A stretch of DNA of 64,000 nucleotides, from assembly GCA_965218095.1 (NCBI GenBank), contig OZ244587.1:768001-832000 (forward strand). The letters run 5' to 3'. This DNA is from Candidatus Poribacteria bacterium. Its GTDB lineage: Bacteria > Poribacteria > WGA-4E > PCPOR2b. Made by a program: the position numbers and the translations under genes. A model generated the notes under the pieces. The model worked only from the letters and a program-made list of their open reading frames with translations. It searched no databases and had not been told where the DNA came from. Positions 30,601 to 40,385 of this stretch are shown here, in pieces; positions within the stretch are counted from its first letter, which is position 1, and each line of letters opens with the position of its first letter.

Positions 30601-32128
30601 GCTTTGACTTTCCCTCCGATGTATCATCGAGTACGATGGCGGGTGTCGGGGCAGGGGCTGCTCCCATTGGCTGACTTTGGTCTAACAGATAACTGACGGA
30701 CGTCTCCATCCGCTTGAGGAATGGGTTGGGATAGACGCCAATCCAAATAATGAGTATAACAATCGGAATCAGCACGACAATCTCGCGCAAATTCAGATCT
30801 TTCAAAACCTGATTTTTGGGATTATCGAGTCTGCCAAACATAACACGCTGGAACATCCAGAGCATATACACCGCTGCGAGGATGACGCCCGATGTAGCGA
30901 TGATAGCATAAACTTTGGAAAAAGCGCCTGAAATAAAACTGCCAAGTAAGACCATGAACTCACCAACGAATCCATTCAAGCCGGGTAAGCCAATCGATGA
31001 AAGCGTCACAATCATAAAAAATACCGCGAAGACCGGCATCTGTTTTGACAGCCCACCGAAGTCGGCGATCATGCGGGTATGCCGGCGTTCATAAATCATC
31101 CCGACAAGCAGGAAAAGCGCGCCGGTACTTAACCCGTGATTAATCATCTGGAGGATGCCCCCCTGCACGCCTTGATGATTTAGGGCGAAGAGCCCAAGCA
31201 CGACAAAGCCCAGATGACTCACGCTCGAATAGGCGACCAGTTTTTTAAGGTCTGGTTGCACCATCGCCACCAATGCGCCGTAGATAATACCGATAACCGA
31301 GAGGGTCGCAATCAGCGGTGTAAATGCCGCAGCCCCTTCAGGAAAAAGCGGGAGACAAAAGCGCACAATACCGTATGTCCCCATTTTGAGCAAAACCCCT
31401 GCAAGGATAACACTGCCAACAGTCGGTGCTTCAACGTGCGCATCAGGAAGCCAAGTGTGGAACGGGAACAGCGGAACTTTGATAGCAAAGGCGATGAAAA
31501 ACGCCAGAAACAGCAGGTTCTGATGCGATAATGCTCTGCCATACAACGTCATCAGGTTGAAACTGTTGTCATTTTGGAAATAGAGGTACAAAATTCCAAC
31601 GAGCATCAACGCGCTGCCCGCCATTGTGTACAACACGAACTTGATCGTCGCGTAAATACGCCGATGGCCACCCCAGATTCCGATCAGTAAATACATCGGG
31701 ATGAGCATCGCTTCCCAAAACACATAAAACAGGAAGAGGTCTAACGCACAAAACACGCCGATCATTGCCGTTTCGAGCATGAGCAGGGAGACCATGAATC
31801 CGCTGGTGCCTTTCTCTATCGAATTCCATGCTGCCAGTACGCAAATCGGCATCAGAAAAGTGGTCAGCAAAACCAGCCAGAGCGAGATGCCATCAATACC
31901 GAGATGGTAGCTTATGCCGAGCCCCGCAATCCAGGTTCGTTGCTCCTTAAACTGCATCTCGTGCGTGGTTGCGTCAAACTCAGTGTAGAGGGAGAGCGAC
32001 ACAAAAAAGGTGAGCAATGTGACGATCAGCGAGATCCATTTAAGCCCTGACTCCCCTAAGAGGTGCCTGGCAAGGGCAATTAAGATCGCACCGAGTAGTG
32101 GCAAAAAAATAACTGCGGAAAGTAACAA
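30584..32128 (-). CDS. nuoM: NADH-quinone oxidoreductase subunit M
   Basis: GIDGIS, KVPLFPFHTWLPDAHVEAPT, LPGLNGFVGEF; TTG start after GGAGG. Confidence 0.97.
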   Translation of the reverse strand: MLLSAVIFLPLLGAILIALARHLLGESGLKWISLIVTLLTFFVSLSLYTEFDATTHEMQFKEQRTWIAGLGISYHLGIDGISLWLVLLTTFLMPICVLAAWNSIEKGTSGFMVSLLMLETAMIGVFCALDLFLFYVFWEAMLIPMYLLIGIWGGHRRIYATIKFVLYTMAGSALMLVGILYLYFQNDNSFNLMTLYGRALSHQNLLFLAFFIAFAIKVPLFPFHTWLPDAHVEAPTVGSVILAGVLLKMGTYGIVRFCLPLFPEGAAAFTPLIATLSVIGIIYGALVAMVQPDLKKLVAYSSVSHLGFVVLGLFALNHQGVQGGILQMINHGLSTGALFLLVGMIYERRHTRMIADFGGLSKQMPVFAVFFMIVTLSSIGLPGLNGFVGEFMVLLGSFISGAFSKVYAIIATSGVILAAVYMLWMFQRVMFGRLDNPKNQVLKDLNLREIVVLIPIVILIIWIGVYPNPFLKRMETSVSYLLDQSQPMGAAPAPTPAIVLDDTSEGKSKREIDE

Positions 32129-32147
32129 GTATAACCTCCGAAGTGTA

Positions 32148-32181
32148 ATGCGTAAAACGTAAAGGTGTTCACGTTTCACGA
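32148..32181. repeat. Heptamer repeats in inverted arrangement (CGTAAAA / TTTCACG)
   Basis: gcgtaaaacgtaaa...ttcacgtttcacg at the passenger/nuoM junction. Confidence 0.6.
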
Positions 32182-32549
32182 TTCATGAGTGATTCCCTAA
32201 TCTCAACCGTACGATTACCATAGTCGATTTCTAAAACGTAGTCTGCTAAGAGTTCACTGCCGAGTAATGCGTCCTCAGCTTCTGTCAAGATAATCTCTGT
32301 CCGGCGAGTTTCCTTAGCCAAATGAACAATCTCCTGAAATGTAAGATCATGTCTGACTGTCCCATCCGCGAATTCATAATAGTGATCTCCGTATAGCTCA
32401 AGCCCCAATGGAATTGCAATTGGAATGGGGACACATAAAGCCCCATCAAATCCTGTATCAATCGGGGCATCAATTGTCGTTTCTCCGCGATTACCAAATA
32501 AAGACACTATAATTCGAGGACGGCCCTCATCATCGAAATATCCGCGCAT
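32169..32549 (-). CDS. Clan AA aspartic protease (AF_0612-like)
   Basis: IDTGFDG, FADG, ALLGSELL. Confidence 0.85.
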   Translation of the reverse strand: MRGYFDDEGRPRIIVSLFGNRGETTIDAPIDTGFDGALCVPIPIAIPLGLELYGDHYYEFADGTVRHDLTFQEIVHLAKETRRTEIILTEAEDALLGSELLADYVLEIDYGNRTVEIRESLMNRET

Positions 32550-32821
32550 TAAACCGGCACCCTTCCCCGATCGCGGTACACTGCCCGAAATCCGGGACGA
32601 ACAAAATGAAAGATCTTATCGGGGTACTTTTTCTTGCCTTTGTCACCTGCCTCGATAACATTTTTGCCGACAAAATAATCGCCGCTGTAGGGTTCGATGG
32701 TGACGATAAGCCCGTGATATTTCGATTCCAATTCAGGTTTCAATTTTCCATAGACTTCAGCACTTTTCTCCCTAAACTCCTGCATATTGATTGGTACAAT
32801 TTTTTTTGAGTTCTCCAGCAT
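32549..32821 (-). CDS. Small DUF5678-like protein paired with the aspartic protease
   Basis: 'LESKYHGLIVTIEPYSGDYFVG....A....KKYPDK.FHF.R.G'; stop/start overlap with the protease. Confidence 0.65.
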   Translation of the reverse strand: MLENSKKIVPINMQEFREKSAEVYGKLKPELESKYHGLIVTIEPYSGDYFVGKNVIEAGDKGKKKYPDKIFHFVRPGFRAVYRDRGRVPV

Positions 32822-32843
32822 TCTTGTCCATGTTAATTACCCC

Positions 32844-34727
32844 TCACCGAATGAACAGGTAATACCCCAAGAAAATGATGATGCCGATGACCATTGACAC
32901 AACGTAGGCTTGGACAACACCCGTCTGGATGCGTCGGATCGAGCCCCCGATGCCGCGAATGAGAAATGCGGTCAGATTCACAATACCGTCGATGATGCCA
33001 ACATCCATAATCTTCCAGAATAGGTAGTGGGATATGCCCTTTATCGGCTGCACGAACACAGCGTTATAGATTTCGTCAATGTAGTATTTGTTGGCGAGGA
33101 GTTTGTGTAGCGGGTTTGTCGGTTCATTGAGAGGGGCTTTGTCACGATAGATGAACCCAGCCACCAAAATTCCTGCAATTCCAACAATTGATGAAATGAC
33201 CATAAAAGGGATTGGATTGGTGTGATCTGATGTGCTGTGCTGTGTAAATACGCTTCCCAAGAAATTATGAATCGCACTATGCTCTCCGCCCCAACCGACG
33301 ATTACACCAATGATTAAGGAAGGAATTGCTAACAACACGAGCGGAATCCACATCACCGGTGGGGATTCATGGAGATGCGACTCGACCTCCGATTCGACAC
33401 GCGACTCACCGTGAAAGACCACAAAGATTAGGCGGAACATATAGAACGCGGTTAGAAACGCCGTCAGCAATCCAACGCCGAAAATTACTGGGTGTCCACC
33501 ATCCCAAGCACTGTGCAAAATCTCATCTTTACTCCAGAAACCACTCAAGAATGGGAAACCCGCAATTGCTAACGCACCGATGAGAAATGTCCAATAGGTA
33601 ATCGGTAGCTTTGATTTCAACCCGCCCATCTTACGCATGTCCAGTTCATTCGACATGGCGTGCATCACACTTCCCGCTGTGAGGAACATCAGTCCTTTGA
33701 AGAAGGCGTGCGTCATCAGATGGAAGATCCCAGAAGCATACGCGCCAACCCCCACGCCCACGAACATATAACCGAGTTGGCTCACGGTCGAATACGCCAG
33801 CACACGCTTGATGTCATTTGCAGCCAACGCCATTGTTGCAGCAAACAAGGCAGTGAGCACGCCAATTCCTGCGACGACAATACCCGTGTGTGCGAGGTTA
33901 AATAGAACTGATGACCGTGCGACCATGTAGACGCCCGCGGTGACCATCGTTGCGGCGTGGATGAGTGCACTGACAGGCGTTGGACCTTCCATCGCATCGG
34001 GGAGCCAAACGTAGAGGGGAATTTGTGCAGACTTGCCGATTGCACCGACGAAGAGCAGCAAAGTTGCAACAATGAGCGTACCGGCCCCGAAAACCTGTTC
34101 GTAGGTGTTGGATTCAGCGAGTTCAAAAAGCGTGTCAAAATGCAATGTACCAAACGCCGCAAACAGCGTGAATATACCGAGCAGGAAACCAAAATCGCCA
34201 ATTCGGTTGACGATGAAGGCTTTCTTGCCTGCGTCAGTGGCGGACGTTCTTTCATACCAATAGCCAATCAACAGATAAGAACAGAGTCCGACGCCTTCCC
34301 AACCGATGAACATCATTAGGTAGTTGTCCGCCAAAACGAGGATTAACATGGCAAACACAAAAAGGTTGAGATAGGCGAAATAGCGTGTGTACCCGGGATC
34401 GCCATCCATGTAGCCAATCGAATAGACATGGATAAGGAAGCCAACCCCTGTGATGACTAGCAGCATCACTGTGGTCAGGGCGTCAATATGAAAACCGATG
34501 TTAAAGGAAAAGGATTCGCTGGCAATCCATTCGTAGAGCGTTGCATCCAGGGCGTCGCCACCGCGGACAGCAGGAAATACGAAGAATGCACTGATAATAA
34601 ATGGTATTAGAACCGCGAGACACGCAATCCAACCACTTACATTTTTCAGCCATTTGCCGAACAACCCGTTGATCAGAAAGCCAATCAAAGGGGAAATCAA
34701 AAGTAGAACAACGAGATTCGTTGACAT
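32844..34727 (-). CDS. nuoL: NADH-quinone oxidoreductase subunit L
   Basis: GKSAQIPLYVWLPDAMEGPTPVSALIHAATMVTAG, HAFFK, SGFWSKD. Confidence 0.98.
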   Translation of the reverse strand: MSTNLVVLLLISPLIGFLINGLFGKWLKNVSGWIACLAVLIPFIISAFFVFPAVRGGDALDATLYEWIASESFSFNIGFHIDALTTVMLLVITGVGFLIHVYSIGYMDGDPGYTRYFAYLNLFVFAMLILVLADNYLMMFIGWEGVGLCSYLLIGYWYERTSATDAGKKAFIVNRIGDFGFLLGIFTLFAAFGTLHFDTLFELAESNTYEQVFGAGTLIVATLLLFVGAIGKSAQIPLYVWLPDAMEGPTPVSALIHAATMVTAGVYMVARSSVLFNLAHTGIVVAGIGVLTALFAATMALAANDIKRVLAYSTVSQLGYMFVGVGVGAYASGIFHLMTHAFFKGLMFLTAGSVMHAMSNELDMRKMGGLKSKLPITYWTFLIGALAIAGFPFLSGFWSKDEILHSAWDGGHPVIFGVGLLTAFLTAFYMFRLIFVVFHGESRVESEVESHLHESPPVMWIPLVLLAIPSLIIGVIVGWGGEHSAIHNFLGSVFTQHSTSDHTNPIPFMVISSIVGIAGILVAGFIYRDKAPLNEPTNPLHKLLANKYYIDEIYNAVFVQPIKGISHYLFWKIMDVGIIDGIVNLTAFLIRGIGGSIRRIQTGVVQAYVVSMVIGIIIFLGYYLFIR

Positions 34728-34759
34728 TTCAGACTCCTCAAGACATAAAACGCAGGAAA

Positions 34760-34782
34760 TTTCACGTTTTACGTTTCACGCA
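34760..34782. repeat. Heptamer tandem repeat
   Basis: tttcacg-ttttacg-tttcacg-ca between nuoK and nuoL. Confidence 0.7.
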
Positions 34783-35079
34783 CTACCCCTTCATCGTGTT
34801 GATCTCATCAATATTAATCGTTTCACGATGTCTGAAAACACTCACGATAATAGCGAGCCCAATGGCAACTTCGGCGGCAGCAACGGTCATGACGAAGAAC
34901 ACGAAGATCTGCCCCGAAGCATCCCCCAATTCCCGACCGATTGCGACGAAAGCAAGATTTGCCGCATTGAGCATCAGTTCAATGCACATAAAGATAATGA
35001 TCGCGTTTCTTCGGATGAGTACCCCTATCACCCCGATGGTAAAAAGCAACGCGCTTAAAATGAGATAGTATTGCAGCAT
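34783..35079 (-). CDS. nuoK: NADH-quinone oxidoreductase subunit K
   Basis: [30 protein letters not shown]. Confidence 0.97.
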   Translation of the reverse strand: MLQYYLILSALLFTIGVIGVLIRRNAIIIFMCIELMLNAANLAFVAIGRELGDASGQIFVFFVMTVAAAEVAIGLAIIVSVFRHRETINIDEINTMKG

Positions 35080-35127
35080 ATTTCAACCCCGAAAAAGATT
35101 AAAGGATTTTCAGGAAGATTTGGACAA

Positions 35128-35823
35128 TTAGTTAGTGTTTGGACTTTCACGTTTAACGAGCGCGATGACTCCGATTAAAGCGGCAAGGAGTATAAGCGAT
35201 GTAACCTCAAAAGGCAGCAAGAATTTAGTAAATAGCACCGTGCCAATACGGTCTGGTTTGCCCATCTCCCCTTGGAGTTTTTCGATGAGTTGATTCGCTT
35301 CACCCGCGGTGAGTGCGGTAACATCGGTTTTCTGCGTCACGATCGCTGGTACATAGTCGCTATTAATCTGCGCACGGTCAAGTTGGTAGGTGGATTCAAT
35401 TGTCTCAATCTGTTTCAGTTGTTCTGAGGTAATGGGTTCTCCGACAACTTTGCCTTCATATTGGGTCGGTCCAACAGCAGTACCGTTAAAAACATTCACC
35501 CCAATGTAGATAGCTTCCGCTGCCAATATAATCCCCAGAATAACGGCGAATACCTTTGCCTTGCTGATTTGGCGTGCTGTTTGCAACTGCCCCAAATTGA
35601 GCAACATAATCACAAACAGGAATAGGACCATAATCGCGCCGGCATAGACAATCACTTGCACCGCAGCGACGAAGTACGCTCCCAGTGAGATAAACAGCCC
35701 CGCCAATGAAAAGAAGGTCAACACCAATGCCAGCGCGCTGTGAATCGGATTCTTAAATGCAATGACACATATCGCAGAACCAACAACTAGTATGCCAAAA
35801 ATGATGAAAAGAATCGTTTCCAT
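35128..35823 (-). CDS. nuoJ: NADH-quinone oxidoreductase subunit J with enlarged periplasmic loop
   Basis: NPIHSAL, QVIVYAGAIMVLFLFVIMLL, LPFEVTS. Confidence 0.96.
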   Translation of the reverse strand: METILFIIFGILVVGSAICVIAFKNPIHSALALVLTFFSLAGLFISLGAYFVAAVQVIVYAGAIMVLFLFVIMLLNLGQLQTARQISKAKVFAVILGIILAAEAIYIGVNVFNGTAVGPTQYEGKVVGEPITSEQLKQIETIESTYQLDRAQINSDYVPAIVTQKTDVTALTAGEANQLIEKLQGEMGKPDRIGTVLFTKFLLPFEVTSLILLAALIGVIALVKRESPNTN

Positions 35824-35913
35824 TTCATTCCTTTCAACCTATGCGAACTTGGTTAAGGTAATTTGCTTTCCGTTTTTTTTAGAAAAATTTCATGCAAGAT
35901 TATGGGGTCGCTT

Positions 35914-36942
35914 TTAGTGCAATTCCTTGAAACTTCCAATGATCTGTTGAAGTTTGGGCTTTATGATTGAAATTTTTTCGTTGGGACCGAATCCTATTAC
36001 CTGATGATAATGGCGTTTTCCTTCAAGGGAGGTGTGCAGGTAAGTAAATCTACTATTATCAACGCTGCCATGAATTTCATATTGGATCGCTGGATATCCA
36101 TTCAATGTTGTCTGAATAGGATTGCCTATTGTTACGGGGCGCGACAAATTAGAAATGACTATGCTTGTGACTAATTCGGCGAACTCACCGAGGCTAATAA
36201 AGCCTAATTCTTCTTTAGTTTCAGTTATTACCTGAACAACAGTTTCGCCAGATGGGTCATAAACTTCAAGTGTGGAATCCTGATTGGATTATTGCCAAGT
36301 ATGAAGTTGATCCCAACTAAAAGGTGCTCTGATCTGTACAAGTCCGTCGGTAGATTCAAAGTTACACGGTGCTTCTTCAAGCAAAGCATATCCAATCACC
36401 CAAAACCCTACCAAAATTCCGAATCCAACGCAGAAGGTCTTTACAATCTTGGGAGGATCTGCCGGAACGCCGTTTTTTGGCGGGTTACCTTTTACGACAA
36501 GCGTTTTGGCTAGTTTATCACCAAGCCGTTGCCTTTTATCACCAAAAATCATGAGGGCATCTACTATATTAACGAGCGGAATCAGGATAAAAAGATTTCG
36601 TAAAATTGATTTTCCGTAGCTACACGGAGCCCCCGTTTCAGCGTTCACAACCCGCATTGACATGATACGCTTGCCAAAACTCCGACCTTTGTTAATTCCG
36701 TCTTGAAAAAGCAAATAAAATCCAATCCAGATTAGTGCCACTGCGAAAAGTGGATCGATTGCGATACCCAACCGACCCAATACCCCTATAACAAAAACAG
36801 GTGGTATTAGCAAAACCAAAAAGTCAAGCCATTATGCAAACCATCTTGCAAAACGTGAGGATAGCTTAAAGTCTTGACCTGCAATTTCAACGGATTCTAT
36901 AAAATAGTCCTTGAATTCCTTAGAATGGTCTTTGGACTCCAT
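35914..36942 (-). pseudogene. RDD-domain membrane protein with C-terminal soluble domain, two in-frame TAA stops
   Basis: 'GRSFGKRIMSMRVV', 'SILRN', 'QRLGDKLAKTLVV'; one frame from ATG 36942 to 35914 broken by TAA at 36832-36834 and 36289-36291. Confidence 0.75.
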
Positions 36943-36958
36943 AGAATACTCTATTCAA

Positions 36959-38143
36959 TTATGCGCTAGGCGAACGATGTTCCATGAAACTCGGCACACG
37001 TTGATCTGACACAGTTTCCGGTAGACGATTCATATCAATTAGGCGTGAGACGATGCCAACGACCACGCACGCGGCGATCACATTTCCAACCCCAACCCAA
37101 ATTTTGGACTGTGTTGTTGCCCAAACCGTCGCTGTCACAACAATTGTTGTAAGTGCAATGGGCAGTAGAAATTTCCAGCCGAGATTCATGAGCTGATCAT
37201 ACCGGAATCGGGGCAGTGTCCATCTAACCCAGATAAAGACAAAGAGGAAAAACGCTGTTTTGGCGAAGAAGATTCCGAATGAAATCACGCCACTCCAAAT
37301 GGGACCACCGACTGTTTCCAACCCGAAGAAATGCCAACCACCGAAGAAAAGGGTCACGGCTACTGCCGAGCCGACAATCATATGCATATACTCCGCCATG
37401 AAGTACATAGCGAATTTCATGCTGCTATATTCCGTGTGGTATCCACCGACAAGTTCCTGCTCCGCTTCGGCGAGATCGAAGGGGAGACGATTTGTCTCTG
37501 CGAAGGCGGCGGCGGTAAAGGCTAAAAAGGCGGGAAAATGGATTAGGAAATTCCATGTCCAAGGATAACTCCCTTGTTGGATTGCAATTTCCCGGAGGCT
37601 TAACGATCCTGAAAGCATCAGAACGCCGATAATCGAAAGTCCCAACGTCAACTCGTAGCTAATCATCTGCGCAGAAGAACGCAAGCCACCGAGTAGAGAA
37701 TACTTGTTATTCGATGCCCATGCACCAAGCACGACGCCATAAACCCCCAACGAGGTAATTGCCAGAATATACAGAATCCCGATATTAATATCGGCAATTT
37801 GAAGGGGGATTTCGTAGCCTGAAATTGTTATTGAACTGCCGAAAGGGACGACCCCACAGGTAACTAGCGCCGGCACCAAAATAATCGCAGGTGCGAGTAA
37901 ATAGATAGGTTTATCCACATGGGATGGAATCAGGTCCTCTTTCAACAGAAATTTTATTCCGTCGGCAATCGGCTGCAAAATGCCCCAAGGCCCAACACGG
38001 TTAGGACCGTGTCGGTCTTGAATCCATCCACTCACTTTCCGCTCGGCAAGAATCATCGCCATAACACCGATGAGCAGCAGATGAACGACGACAACAATTT
38101 TGATGAGTGAACTAATGATTAAAACGTGAAGTGGTAGTGCCAT
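36959..38143 (-). CDS. nuoH: NADH-quinone oxidoreductase subunit H with C-terminal extension
   Basis: ERKV..WIQDRHGPNRVGPWG.LQPIADGIK, AETNRLPFDL.EAE, PRFRYDQLM. Confidence 0.98.
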   Translation of the reverse strand: MALPLHVLIISSLIKIVVVVHLLLIGVMAMILAERKVSGWIQDRHGPNRVGPWGILQPIADGIKFLLKEDLIPSHVDKPIYLLAPAIILVPALVTCGVVPFGSSITISGYEIPLQIADINIGILYILAITSLGVYGVVLGAWASNNKYSLLGGLRSSAQMISYELTLGLSIIGVLMLSGSLSLREIAIQQGSYPWTWNFLIHFPAFLAFTAAAFAETNRLPFDLAEAEQELVGGYHTEYSSMKFAMYFMAEYMHMIVGSAVAVTLFFGGWHFFGLETVGGPIWSGVISFGIFFAKTAFFLFVFIWVRWTLPRFRYDQLMNLGWKFLLPIALTTIVVTATVWATTQSKIWVGVGNVIAACVVVGIVSRLIDMNRLPETVSDQRVPSFMEHRSPSA

Positions 38144-38151
38144 ATCCCTCC

Positions 38152-38256
38152 CTATCTGGATTCTGAAACAACTTTATTCTCAAGATCCCCCCAAATTTCC
38201 ATGATTGCATCTAATGTATATTGAAGTCTCGCCCGATTACCCGGATCCTCTCGCAT
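38152..38256 (-). pseudogene. 34-aa truncated or internally deleted HEPN/DUF86 toxin remnant
   Basis: MREDPGNRARLQYTLDAIMEI resembles DUF86 N-termini; overlaps the 3' end of the MNT gene. Confidence 0.55.
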
Positions 38257-38539
38257 AGACCAGCATTCTGTCTTGTTCAATGTAAGGCTAAATGTATTTG
38301 GGGATGGCTTTTTGCGAAAGGAGATCCACTTGTCTGTTTAGCAGGTCTTGCAAATCTAGCTGCATTTGGACAAATTCTAAACCAATCGGTTTAGCATAGT
38401 CTAACTCAACCCAAATATCTATATCGCTCTTATCATCAGCTTCATCCCTTGCACATGATCCGAAAAGGTATGCCTTCAGCACCGGCTTATCTTTGAAATA
38501 ATTACCAACTTCTGCAATTTGTCTTGAGTCTAACTTCAT
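38237..38539 (-). pseudogene. MNT nucleotidyltransferase antitoxin with premature TAG
   Basis: YLFGSCARDEA...SDIDI, VDL; after the TAG at 38288-38290 the frame continues PYIEQDRMLVYARGSG*. Confidence 0.75.
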
Positions 38540-38582
38540 TTTGCTCTCCGCTCTGCAAGCCAGATTTCGCCGCGCTTCACGA

Positions 38583-38700
38583 TCATAAAGTGTCCTCTTT
38601 TGTCAATCCTTCGTTGTAATCAAACAGGCCTTCTTCAGCGAGTTTTCGGTCTTCGTCGGCGAATTCAGCGTAGAGAGCAGCTAAACGTATTTCATCCTCT
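38583..38700 (-). pseudogene. C-terminal fragment of a small antitoxin-like gene
   Basis: 'LAALYAEFADEDRKLAEEGLFDYNEGLTKED*' with no credible start after nuoG. Confidence 0.4.
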
Positions 38701-40344
38701 ATCAAGTTTGACCCCACCATCCCCAATCTTCTGGTGCGTAGCATCTTGATAATCAGGCACATTTTCCGCAATCTCCATCGCGATTTCGCCAGCGAAGTGA
38801 TAATCCATCGCACCGCCCAACCGCTTGGCTACCCGTTGGATAATTTCCCAATCAACACGCGCCTCGCCGGGGGGATCGATCGCGTGGTGTATGCGTTGCA
38901 CCCAATCACTCGAATTGGTAAAGGCACCATCTTTCTCCGCAAAGGTGACGCCAGGCAACACGACATCAGCCAACTGTGCCACATCAGACTCGAAGATGTC
39001 TTGCACGACCAGAAAATCGACCGCTTCCAACGCCTGTTTCGACGTTTCGTCGAGCGGATGTTCTGGGGCACCATTAACGAGGTAGACAGCTTTTGCGTTA
39101 GACAGACGCTCCCAGAGCTCTTTTCCTTCTAAGACCGATCCATTTCCGACCCCCAGCATATCCCGCGCACCGCGAGTGTTCGGGTTTTTGTCGGCTTCAA
39201 TGGTAAATTGAGGGAATTTGTGTTCCTCACCCGGTTCGCGTCCAAACAGGCCAATCGACTCCGTTTTTAGGACTTCACGCGCTAACTTGCCCAGCAGGTA
39301 GTTCTCCTCATTGGTGCCTTGTGCAGAACCGATGACGACGATGGATTCCGGATCTGTCTCAGAGAATTTCTCCACGATGAGATTCAGCACATCCACCCAC
39401 GACGTTGGGACCAGTTCATCTGCCACACGCTTCATCGGAATCTTGAATCGGTCTTCGCTGTTGACATAATGATAGCCGAGCCGTCCGTCATCGCACATCC
39501 AATGTTGGTTAATATCAGCGTGGAACCGCGGTTGAATTCGATAAAGACCATCTTCCTTATAGTCAACGGTGATATTACATCCGACGCTACACCCTGGACA
39601 GATGCTGTTGACCTGTTTCATAAACCAGGGGCGAGACTTAAAAAGAAAATCCTTGCTAATCAGTGCCCCAACGGGACAGATATCCACGACGTTGCCAGCG
39701 AGTTTATTATCGAGCAACCGGAGCGGGGTCTCATCATGGTCGCGTGGAATATCGACTTCGTCATGTGAACCCCGATGAATCAGCCCAAGTTCTCCCGTGC
39801 CCGCAACCTCATCGCAGAAACGGATGCAACGGGTACAGACAATACAACGAGTTGAGTAGAGCAGCACATCAGGTCCAAGGTCTTTTTTCGGTGGGACGTT
39901 CTTTACCTCAACATATCGGCTCTTGCCGCTGCCATGATTAAAGCTGAAATCCTGAAGGTCGCACTCGCCTGCTTGGTCACAGACGGGGCAATCAAGCGGG
40001 TGGTGAACGAGCAGAAACTCAAGGATGTCCTCCCGTGCCTTCTTGACACGCGGCGAATCGGTCCGGACGATAAAGTCATATTTCCCATCCAGTTTTCGAT
40101 CCGGAGGGGCGGTACGCACCGTAGTTGTGCAACCGGTTGCGAGTTGACGGTCTGGAACAACCTTGCCCGCAGGCGGAAAGAAGACATGGGGCTCCACAAG
40201 ACACATGCGACAGTTGGCAGGGCGGCTCAACCCAGGGTGATAGCAGTAATGCGGCACTTCAATTCCGTTTTGCCTCGCAGCCTCAATGACATTGGTTCCG
40301 TCTTCAACTTCAATCTCAAGGTCGTTCAATTTAATGAATGCCAT
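38692..40344 (-). CDS. nuoG: NADH-quinone oxidoreductase subunit G (short, about 550 aa)
   Basis: PHYCYHPGL...NCRMCLVE, HPLDCPVCDQAGECDLQ, CIVCTRCIRFC, CPGCSVGC, EKDGAFTN. Confidence 0.95.
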   Translation of the reverse strand: MAFIKLNDLEIEVEDGTNVIEAARQNGIEVPHYCYHPGLSRPANCRMCLVEPHVFFPPAGKVVPDRQLATGCTTTVRTAPPDRKLDGKYDFIVRTDSPRVKKAREDILEFLLVHHPLDCPVCDQAGECDLQDFSFNHGSGKSRYVEVKNVPPKKDLGPDVLLYSTRCIVCTRCIRFCDEVAGTGELGLIHRGSHDEVDIPRDHDETPLRLLDNKLAGNVVDICPVGALISKDFLFKSRPWFMKQVNSICPGCSVGCNITVDYKEDGLYRIQPRFHADINQHWMCDDGRLGYHYVNSEDRFKIPMKRVADELVPTSWVDVLNLIVEKFSETDPESIVVIGSAQGTNEENYLLGKLAREVLKTESIGLFGREPGEEHKFPQFTIEADKNPNTRGARDMLGVGNGSVLEGKELWERLSNAKAVYLVNGAPEHPLDETSKQALEAVDFLVVQDIFESDVAQLADVVLPGVTFAEKDGAFTNSSDWVQRIHHAIDPPGEARVDWEIIQRVAKRLGGAMDYHFAGEIAMEIAENVPDYQDATHQKIGDGGVKLDRG

Positions 40345-40385
40345 GATGTCCTCATTATGCAACGCGTAAGGTGTGGTGATACGTG

